A stretch of 64,000 nt of DNA from Octopus vulgaris (lineage: Eukaryota): positions 60,016,001 to 60,080,000 of the forward strand of contig OX597820.1 of assembly GCA_951406725.2 (NCBI GenBank), written 5' to 3'. Every line of letters begins with the position of its first letter. Position 1 is the stretch's first letter. A program made the position numbers and the translations under genes. Positions 53,854 through 64,000 of the stretch are shown here, in pieces. The notes beneath the pieces are model-generated. The model was not told where the DNA came from, made no database searches, and worked only from the letters and a program-made list of their open reading frames with translations.

Positions 53854-54996
53854 AGCGACATTGGACAAAAAGAATTTGAGAAACACTAATTTAAACTTAT
53901 CCCTTGTAGTTAACTTACAACTATTAATAAAATAGGTATCATTAAGGGCGATTTAGCCAAGTTTGTGTGGCCTCGCAAATAACAAAAAAAAAAAAACCTT
54001 GTGGTCTTGCACCAAAATTTACAAAATAATGATTTGGTGATGCAAACAGGAAAATAGAACTAAAGACATGAATACGTGTATTTTCTGGCACAAGATGAAG
54101 CACCAACTGGTGTTGAAGAGTATATAAATTGGAATTAGTGAGTTTTATATATAAAAAAGAAAAAAATATGGTTTGACCTGAAAAAGAGGCTGTACCCTAT
54201 GACTTTCACCGCTCCATCCCCAGAGGTAGACTATCTAGGACTGTATTAGTTAAAGTCTAATTCCTTTTTACGAGAGAACTGGATATTAATTATTTTTCCA
54301 AATAGGTCATGAAACTATCCAGTTCTCTCTCGTTACTTGCTAGTAAATTGTGGTTTAACCACTGATCACTTTTGATCGAATTGGTTCATTGTCCTGTTGT
54401 ATTTTTTTTCCTTTTAAGAACAGTGTACTACCATTATCTAATGTATCCCTTTTGTTTAAGGCTGTTGGTGATGAAACTTATCTATTTACAGGGCACCTAC
54501 AAGAATTAAGGCAAGAAATTTTTATTTATTTAACCCAATGATGGCATAGCCAAACCATACAATTTTTTTTATTGAGTCAAAATATATATATCTGGAGTCC
54601 CTACTTCATATTAAATCTTTCGTTAACTTTTCTAAGATCAAAGACATTTTAGAAATTAGACAACCATTCCCTCGCTAGTTTTTTGTTGGATAGCGTACAA
54701 CATTAACCAATATACCCCTTATTTTTCATACTGCAGAGAAGAGTTCAAGGGAGGTAATTACGGTTAAACCAGTTTTTACCTGTTAGATCGGACGAGAAAT
54801 TTTGAAATTTGTCAAGTTTATGTTAATAAAACAGACTTCGCAGAAAAAAATTTAAAAAATTACGAGTACAATTTATTGCTTAATAATTATAGATTTTATA
54901 AATTCAATTCAATGATAATCAAGCCGAAACACAACTTTCTAAAAATACAAAGTTCTCATATGACTTGTTCACACCAAATATTTGGTAAACATTCCT

Positions 54997-55100
54997 GGTG
55001 AAAGTAAAGAATACGCACACCCGGTGTTTAGGGTTAGGGGTTAAGGTTAGGGTTTTTGTTACGCCGAAAACAGGTGGCGTGCGTTTTCTTTACCTCCGCC
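54997..55100. mobile_element. Small inverted-repeat element with internal TTAGGG-like repeats
   Basis: ggtgaaagtaaagaatacgcac / gtgcgttttctttacctccgcc flank tttagggttaggggttaaggttaggg. Homologous to 17968-18055. Confidence 0.7.
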
Positions 55101-55535
55101 AACATTTCTAAGATTATACGTCGTCAACCTTATAAATAAGTTCTATGCGATTTTTTTAGTGTCGTTATTGTAGTGGCTGTTTTTCAAATTAGACTGAGTA
55201 TTGTTTCTTGATATAAAAACGGCATAACTATAGATGTATACTCACTCCTATCGACTTTGTTGCCGCATAACTTTCAGAAAAATGGATAGTTTTTAACGAA
55301 ATTTTCAGCAAATAATCGCTTAGATCTTGTAGATTGATTGTATGTAAAGATTTGTTGGAAAAAAATCTTCAGAGTGGCTGTGTGGTAAGTAGCTTGCTAA
55401 CCAACCACATGGTTCAGGGTTCAGTCCCACTGTGTGGCATATTGGGCAAGTGTCTTCTGCTATAGCTCCGGGCCGACCAATGCCTTGTGAGTGGATTTGG
55501 TAGACGGAAACTAAAAGAAGCCTGTCGTATATATG

Positions 55536-55572
<37 letters not shown>

Positions 55573-57282
55573 TTGTCACCCTAGCATTGCTTGACAGCCG
55601 ATGCTGGTGTGTTTACGTCCCCGTAACTTAGCGGTTCGGCAAAAGAGACTGATAGAATAAGTACTGGGCTTACAAAGAATAAGTCCCGGGGTCGATTTGG
55701 TCGACTAAAGGCGGTGCTCCAGCATAGCCACAGTCAAATGACTGAAACAAGTAAATAGAGTAAAAAAGAGTAAAGAGAGAGGTGGATGAGAGGAGTTTCG
55801 GAAAATTCACGACCCGACATTTTCCCCCTCATAACTTTTAGGAAAATGGGTATTTTTTAATGAAATTTTATACTAATGCCTTTCAAACTGTATAGATTAC
55901 GAGTAGAAAGAAATTTATTGGCAAAATTTTATGGCAGGGTGCGAGGGAAGGAGTTTCTAGAAAACGGAGTTTCGGATCAGACGGCCTATATAAGTTGGAA
56001 TTTCTCCGTGTTGACGAGGATTTTTTCCTGTTTTTTTTTCTTCGGTACAGTCTTCGAAATGATGGGAGGCATTTTTTCACGAAAAAAAAAAAAGAAAATA
56101 ATTTTGGAAGTTTATGATTTTCTTTCACTCCAGTCATCTCCTCACCACGCCAGTCTGGAGGGATTTTAGCCAATTTTTATTTTCACTACGTGCTTAAAAC
56201 CCGCGAGAGAAACATTTTCGGTTTAAAAATAAATATGTTAATAATTTCAGAGAAAAATGTGTGATTTAAGGGAGATCTAACTGTTGTTTCTAGCACAGCT
56301 CAAGACCTCCCTCCTAGTTTCTTTCTCACTATCACACCTCTTTACTTGTTTCAGTCATTTGACTGCGGCCATGCTGGAGCACCGCCTTTAGTCGAGCAAA
56401 TCAACCCCAGGACTTATTCATTGTAAGTCTAGTACTTATTCTATCGGTCTCTTTTACCGAACCGCTATGTTGGGGGGACAAACACAGACACACAAACATA
56501 TACACACATACATATATACACACATACATATATACGACACTGGTCACAAGGTTTTGGTCGGCCCGAGGCTATAGTAGAAGACACATGCCCAAGGTGCCAT
56601 GCAGTGGGACTGAACCCAGAACCATGTGGTTGGTAAGCAAGCTACTTACCACACAGCCACTCCTGCGCTTATTGATGTTTTACAATATTTTTCTCCCCAT
56701 AAACACATTTTATGGAATAATGATACCAAACACACGTGTAGACCATTGCTGGGATATAAGCAAAGAAAAAAATGGTAATTTGAATATTTACTCGCACCCC
56801 AACCAAGCGAAGCTGTATATGTGTATGTGCAAAAAAAAAAAAAAACCAACAAAAAATAAACATTTTCTATCAGAAAATTATGGTATCAAAATGAATAATC
56901 TTTTACATACCTCTTATTAAAATCACTCTGGCTAAATACCAGCAATAATCTTCTCAGGCTCTCAACAGACCAATCACCTGCCTCTAGTTCGCCAACTATG
57001 TCTGCAACATCAACAGTCCAGTCTAACTACGAAGTTCTCATCTGTTGTAACCTATTGTGTAATGCTAATTCATGTATGGCAGTCATTGTATTTTATAACG
57101 GAGAATAAAACGTCGCTTACCAGTTCATTTCATCTTACGTTATATATCCATTCACACATTATCCATCACTTACCATTTCATTATATGTAGTGACCCTAAG
57201 CTAAAACATCTTTGTTATAGATCCATCCCATTCTTATAAAAATGATAATTTTGTCCAAACTGATGTGCTAAACTCAAATTAT

Positions 57283-57946
57283 CATTTCTGCAAAGCTTTA
57301 AAATTTCCAAATGAAACTTATAACATATGCTGCTCAGGTGGTAAGGTAAGATTGCCAGCACTACCAGCTCCTCAACCTCTTGTAGATCTTCTGGAAGGCA
57401 CTTCCACCTAGTCAAAGGATTTTCTGAACAATATCAGACAATACAATTTTGCATTTCAAATTACATGGTTTGGTGCATCTAAGGAGATAGTTGAACATGG
57501 ATTTATGCAGACGTTCAAAGTTCAAGGGCAAGTCTATCACCTCATTGGTTTCCTGTTACCCACAAATGAACAACCACAGTTCCTCCAAATTTACTTTGAG
57601 TGATGTAGGACAACAAACTCGAAGGAGGTGTCAAAACTTCAGATGATGGGTCATGTTAGACGCAGTGCCGACTGCCAAAAACGGAGAGTATATCCACTGA
57701 CAGCTTTTCGGCGTGTTCAGGACTCACATACCACCATCACCCCCAATTTTCTATGACTGGTTAGGGCCTGGAATACTCCAAACGGACCCATGATAAGTTG
57801 CTTAGTTGAATTAGCCCATCATTTACTCCACAGATGTTTTGTCATCAATGCTGCACTTTCCCGTATTATCTGTTTCAACACAGCTATAATATATACATAC
57901 AAACTATATCATTTTAATCCTAAGCAACGCCAGGTATCTCTGCTAG
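57283..57946 (+). mobile_element. Helitron remnant: RepHel N-terminal coding fragment plus 3' terminus
   Basis: HFCKALKFPNETYNICCSGGKVRLPALPAPQPLVDLLEGTST*SKDFLNNIRQYNFAFQITWFGASKEIVEHGFMQTFKVQGQVYHLIGFLLPTNEQPQFLQIYF, with one internal stop. The 3' end is cctaagcaacgccagg-tatctctg-CTAG|T. Confidence 0.88.
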
Positions 57947-58030
57947 TATTCAATATAAATAGATCGAATATGAGGGTTGATAACAGATTAAGTGATCCTT
58001 TTCTTTATTATTTGTGTTATATTATTGACA

Positions 58031-58369
58031 ATGAAGGCGCATGGCTCAGTGGTTAGAGCGTCGAGCTTACGATCGTGAGGTTGTGAGTTCGATTCCTGGA
58101 CCGGGCTGCATGTTGTGTTCTTGAGCAAGACACTTTATTTCACATTGCTTCAGTTCACTCAGCTGTAGAAATGAGTTGCGATGTCACTGGTTCCTAGCTG
58201 AATCGGCCTTTGCCTTTCTCTTGGATAACATCAGTGGTGTGGAGGGGGAGGATGGTATGCATGGGTGACTGCTGGTCTTCCATAAACAACCTTGCCCGAA
58301 CTTGTGCCTCGGAAGGTAACTTTCTAGGTGCAATCCCATGGTCATTCGTGACCAAAGGGGTTCTCCTCC
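58031..58369 (+). mobile_element. tRNA-derived SINE with 10-bp TSD
   Basis: TGGCTCAGTGG A box, GAGTTCGATTCC B box, and a gttcttgagcaagacact central domain. Flanked by ATTATTGACA at 58021-58030 and 58370-58379. Confidence 0.88.
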
Positions 58370-60252
58370 ATTATTGACAGACCTAGAAAGGTGATGACAT
58401 TGTAATGTTACTCTGATTTCAATACAAGGCCCGCAATTTTGAGGGGGTGGTGTTTGTCAGATGAATCAACCTTAGTATTAAACTGGTACTTATTTTAATG
58501 ACACTGTAGGGGTGAAAGTTGAAGTTGACCGTGGTGAGATTTGAATTCAGAACGCAAAGTTCCGGAGCAAACACCATGACATACTTTGTTTGATGCTCTA
58601 ACGAGTCTGCCAATTCACTATCCTACACCAAGCCTGAAAGATAAATTATGTTAGTCATTATATCTTTGTATCTGCCAAATCCTCTTTGTAGTTCTGCTGT
58701 TCCTGCATATTATTGTTGTACTTATTCATTAGGTTACGGTGATGATTAGCATGATATAATGATGTTGGCAGAATAGGAAGTGTTGGAGATAGATTTGTAG
58801 CCATAGTAGTAACTGGGGAAACTGATGATGTTGACTAGTTAGAAACATTATAAAAAAGGATCTTATGATCAAATGGCAGCTTAGTTGAATTGCTGGTGAT
58901 GTCAAGTTTAGCAGATGTGTTTAGGGAAGGATATTTAAAGGCTGTTTTCCAAATGGCATTGGGATTTTAATTTTCACATTTTATTTAAATAGATGTGCAT
59001 CTGCAGGAAACTTTACTGTATTGTTTCGGTAACAAACCATATGTCCAACTTTGTAAAATAGGTTTACTAACACTCTTAATTGTATATAAAGTAAACTTTT
59101 GGCTTGAGAGAACTTGCAATGTATAAGATACATTGTAATGCTTGAAAAATTAAAAAAAACCTTTGAGTAGATACACATTAAATCTTCCAATTCATGGAGT
59201 GTGACCTTTTTATGCAGGCTCTTTGTACTACACCATTAAACTTTGGACTATAATTAGTACTTTCAATTTTCTTGCGGTTTAATTAGTCCCTTAACTGAAT
59301 GAATTCTAGTCAAGTACCATTATTAACTGATACTACTTTATAGGAACACCAAGCCTGGAAATGGATAATAAACATTTCCTAAAGTTTTTTGAGTTCTTAT
59401 AGGAACATAAAAAAGCTTCAATTCAAGTAGTGACTGAATCAACTGTGATCCTCATATTCTCAATATCATTGTACGTACCCACAGCTCATGTGAAATCTTT
59501 TACAAGTTTATGACTTAAGTTCCTTATCAGTACAAAAATCTGATTTTAGCACACATCACAAGACCTAACAAATTTTAAATATTTCTCCCCAAGATTAGGC
59601 CACTAAACACAAACCCTTGCATTTTTCAGTACTTGTTGTACACTTATATGTATGTCTTGAACTGTTCCATGAAAGAACTTTTGCATGATCAGGTTCTTGA
59701 GATATTTTAAAGATGAAAGACAATTCTCTACAGTTAGTTAAGGAGTTGTACATCTGGCAAATTGTCATTCTAAAAGACATGGTTAAGATAATTCTTTTCC
59801 AGCAATGTGTTTTTTAGAGCAATCATAAAGTGAATGCATTAAAATTATATTTTGTCTTCAACTGTGAGCATCAGTAAAAATTGATTCATTATCAGTGTCA
59901 GAATGTAAAGCACTAGTAAAGAACACTGCATCAAACTGATTAAAGTTATGCTTTAGTCTTTCAAGAACATCAACATGACTGATGGTTTTTACCAAGCATG
60001 TGAATGATTTTCAAATTCTATTATGATAATATGGGGGAGGAGTATAACTTACCAATTCACAGAAAATCTTTCCAGAAAAACAAACAAACAAATAAACAAA
60101 ATATGAATATATCAGTAACATAAATCCCCAGTTAGAAAATGCCTTAATCTTTTCATGCACTGCATTGTTTTCACATTCAATATTGCTTCAATTTCTTTGC
60201 ATATTATAAAGTATATGACAAATATACACCAGGAACTTTTCATTTTGAGACA

Positions 60253-60950
60253 TTATTCATGATATGGTAAATGCCACAGCATCAGTAGTAAATGTTTCAC
60301 ACCCAGTGGAGAATGATTAATGTTGTCAAAATAGGTATTGTCTAAGAAGTGTTTTTGTTTTCTTAAAAACTTCTTCTTGATTCTTTCTCCAGTACTAGAA
60401 CAAACTACATATGTAAACTTTGGTATAAACTGGTGACAATAGTTTATCAACCCCCAATGATTCAAAGATTCTTCAATTTATTCTGATTTACATGCCTTAG
60501 CTTTTTGTAACTGTTGGATTACAAGGTAGTTTTATCCCCTCCTTTGAAATATACGGAACATGTATGATTAATAGTTTTGTTTGGATTGGTTCCTTTCATA
60601 CCAGTAACAGGTGCATTTTCTCAATTCTTTAATTTATTCTTGTCACCCTGATAATTAATTTTGCCAGCTACAAGAACTGCACCACTGCACCATGCACACA
60701 TATATATAGTGATTGCTCTATCTTCACAGACGATTGCTGTCTCCTTATACTTTGTAGTAAATGGCATTTCTGACTTTCTATCCACAACCTTTCACACAAA
60801 AACATGTGTGTGTGTGTGTGTATTTGTGAAAGATATATTTTGTGAATTTACTGATAAGAGAAAAATATACTTGATTCTCTATCACCACATTGAGCCTTAC
60901 AATCCAGTTATAGGATATAATTTAAAGGTTAAGGTTTAAATATAAATTAT
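60253..60950 (-). mobile_element. Highly degraded Ty3/Gypsy-like pol remnant
   Basis: Minus-strand peptides ISKEGIK and then GLINYCHQFIPKF appear in the expected order, resembling the Gypsy RT segments GHxISxxGI and LGLxNYYRRFIPxF. Heavily disrupted; the true extent is unknown. Confidence 0.45.
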
Positions 60951-62625
60951 ATAAGACAAAGTTAATAAGTCCTTCAATGCAAAGGTTTATTTTGGTGTTT
61001 TTGATTTTTTTTGTCCTAGGTAGGTATATTAAAATATATGTACATTTTGTCATACAGATTGTTTTGTAAGACATTTTCTTGTTCAACTGTCGACTGAAGA
61101 TTACAGTGACCTTAGTAAGGTCTCTATATCACTCCCTTTGGCAGTGCTGACCAGTTTTGATTCCACTAGGGAATATCCAGGTTCTTTTGGCCACATTGTA
61201 GAGTGACATTTTAACTGCTGCTATCAAGGGTCAGAAGCAATTTCCTACTTAATTATTTTGTTTAACTACTTGCTGAGGATTTACTATGGTTTTATCTTCA
61301 AGTATCTCTGCTATATTCATGAAGTGTTCTCTGCAATTTACCCCTTTCAGCTCTGTTATCTTTCTGAAGATCAATATCATCCAGGTATGACATTGCAAAT
61401 TTATTTGGAAACACACCTCCAGAGGAAGTACTGTATGCATACTGCCAATCTTTGTTTCACATGACTCCATGAAACCATCATATTTCAAATACTCCATTTA
61501 CCCATTCCATATTTTTTTTTCTCAAACTACAACTCAACTTTTAGAATGTTTTTCATTAAATCAGATTATGCTATAAATTCAAGGCATCACTTCCTATTGC
61601 TACTTAATAGAAGGTCTTGTACCATTCCACCAGCTCTACAGAGTTTGTATTCTAGGATTAAAGGGTTCACTCTATACTGTATCAATTTACATTCAGAGTT
61701 ATTGCTCTTGCAGCTAATAAAATCCATATATCTGTGCAATATCAGTAGAAAACATTTTGTATGCATGTCTAATTTCCTTGACAGGTTACTTTGATTATAG
61801 CTGAAGGGCCATATCTCACCATAATTTAGGGAAAAGGTATTTAGGTACCAAAGGGAGATCAGAGTGAAAGTCTAATATTAAGAATAAAGTTTGTGCTTGT
61901 GATATAGTGTGGAGAGACAATTACCAAGAGATTTCTTACATACACTCTTATAGACATATATATAGATGTTTTTTCATGCGTAAATTGAACAAAATTAACA
62001 TATCTGAACCATGTTTTTGTTCTATCACATCTTCAATGGGTTTAGAACAACTATTTAATGGTGTAAATTCTATTCATTATGTTTTGAGTGGTCACAATAC
62101 TGGCTGTTGACACCATTGATCATTTATTAAACATCAAGGTCAGATTTTTAAAGTTTATGAGTAAGAATTTCTGCATGTGCCCACAGGCGGAAATTAGCTT
62201 ATTTTCTTTAGGATTGGAGTAGAATGGCAAATAATAAAACCATTTATATAACAGTGACGTGTTTATTAATAATATGCTAAGTCGAGCTCACACACACAGG
62301 GGCTTCTCAGTTTCTGTCAACCAAATAATTTTCATCGAAGGTCACATAATTTTGATCCAGTTTTAAATGATGGTGCCCTATTTAATACTGCCTATGTAAT
62401 GTTGCTGGCCATGTGTAGTTACTGGTGACATAAGCATGGTATTATACTTTGGTCGTTATCTCTTTACAATAATTTTCATCGAAGGTTTTATATTTCAAGC
62501 AGCTGTAGTTCAATTTTGTTTTTCTTGTTAACAGTTGGTGGAATCTGCTGTTGATGAGATAGATGATATGCTTTGCAATACTGATTTTTACAATAGTATG
62601 GTGGAATCACTATTGTTGTCATTTT

Positions 62626-63030
62626 AATAATAATAATGAAATTATTGTATACAACTTGTCAAAAGTGCGTATAAAAAATATGCAGTAATGTACAAATGTC
62701 TGGAAAGCGAACAGTGTATGAGTCAGATACATGCTTGCATGTTTATGGAGGGGAGAAAATCAGGTGTAGTGTTGGCAGATCTCAGGAAGCATGGAAGTTT
62801 TGAAGGATGCAGAGCTCCGACAACTAACAACTGATGCCGGCAGTTTGTTCCATGCTTCAGCAACTCTTAGCGTGAAAAACTGTTTCCGAAAGTCATGGGA
62901 GCTGTGCTGTTTTCTGACTTTGTAAACATGTCCACGGGTGTTAGACAGGTGGAGTTTGAAAAGGTGCTCAGAGTTATTGTTAGTAAGATGGTTAATAATT
63001 TTATGGGTGTCTGCCAAGTCAGCTGCCAGA
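62626..63030 (-). mobile_element. 3' fragment of CR1-clade LINE (same family as 53380-53853)
   Basis: Near-identical peptide TRGHVYKVRKQHSSHDFRKQFFTLRVAEAWNKLP, with the same 3'UTR and (ATT)n tail. Confidence 0.85.
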
Positions 63031-64000
63031 TAATGTCTACTTTTCCATACATGGGTCAGACAAAATTTGTTTAAACAGATTTTCTAGGGCCTGATGCTCT
63101 TCTTGTCATCAACTGTCACATATCTTAACAAAATATTTTTTACCCTAGTTCAGACATTTTTATCATGGATGTTTGTAAACAAATGACACCATTTATATAA
63201 CAGTGACATGTGTTTATTATTAATATGCTAAGTCAAGCTCACACACAGGGCCTTCTCAGTTTCTGTCAACCAAATTCACTCATTGCTTGTGCTTATACCA
63301 AATATTATATAATATCATATTTCTCATTTTTGTTGGTGAGCCTATTTTTAACAATACTCAACCTTTCATTACATTATCTCTTTATCTTATCAACTCTAAA
63401 TAGGTGATGCTAGAGAATTTTGGGTAACATTGTAGTTCAAAACAGTTTCATGGATCAAGGCATGTCTTGAATATTCAATATAGTTATTCTAAAGTTTTAC
63501 AGGAGATATTCTGGTGAAATGCCATCTAGAAAGAAAGATTTGTCTTACCTACAATACATAAATTACTACTTCATTCAGAGTCAAACAGTAGAAAATCCAG
63601 TTGGTTATATCATTCACATAGTTAAAAATTTGAACAAATGAAAGTCATGTTTTACAAATTGAAACAAACATTGATATATATTCATTGTATTTTCAAATAA
63701 TTTCATACATTTTATTTATTCTTTACACTTTATATTTTTAATTTATTCTTATTCTTTGGCACTTCAGATTTTTAAAGATAATAAATTTCATGAGACAAGA
63801 TTTAGAATGACAATACATGACAAAAGAAAAAAAAAACATCATTTGTTTCCTAATACACATACTTTTGATGGCAATTAAATAATGATAAAATTGTGACAGC
63901 TGTATATCTATAAGCAGACTAATTATCAAAATTAATTCAAAATAAATTAAACTGAAAATGCAACAACACATTATCAGTAATAATTTGATAGACAGGTTTA

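Noticed and set aside
54716-54760. Possible 17-nt micro-exon (ctgcag|...|gtaatt)
   Set aside because: No partner exons were found, and a similar agggag.taa motif recurs near 52862, suggesting repeat origin.
58036-58110. tRNA gene
   Set aside because: A/B boxes are present, but the sequence continues into a SINE body and the whole unit is flanked by a 10-bp TSD.
61370-61395. YLDD-like reverse-transcriptase motif on the minus strand
   Set aside because: It is about 900 nt from the Gypsy-like thumb motif, much further than expected, and its flanks are not RT-like, so it was not used as evidence.

Overview
AT-rich, microsatellite- and transposon-dense animal genomic DNA. The SINE/LINE content suggests an octopod cephalopod (inference). 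The only host gene I can support is the 5' part of VCP/p97 (Cdc48/TER94) on the minus strand: four coding exons (21262-21278, 6609-6711, 585-757, 411-491) joined by GT-AG introns and continuing off the left edge. None of these exons appears in the ORF track. The rest is layered mobile-element debris: RTE, CR1-like and restriction-endonuclease-type LINE remnants, tRNA-derived SINEs, mariner/maT/pogo/hAT/piggyBac-type elements, Helitrons and a probable Gypsy relic. Most tracked ORFs are microsatellite or transposon artefacts. The most interesting signals are: degenerate hammerhead-ribozyme cores (one inside a ~200-bp inverted repeat, Penelope-like); a C4HC3 PHD-like finger inside the RTE reverse transcriptase; SINEs sharing one head with either of two LINE-matched tails; a small inverted-repeat element carrying TTAGGG repeats; and a perfect 22-bp hairpin. 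Everything was read by eye, so repeat boundaries are approximate.
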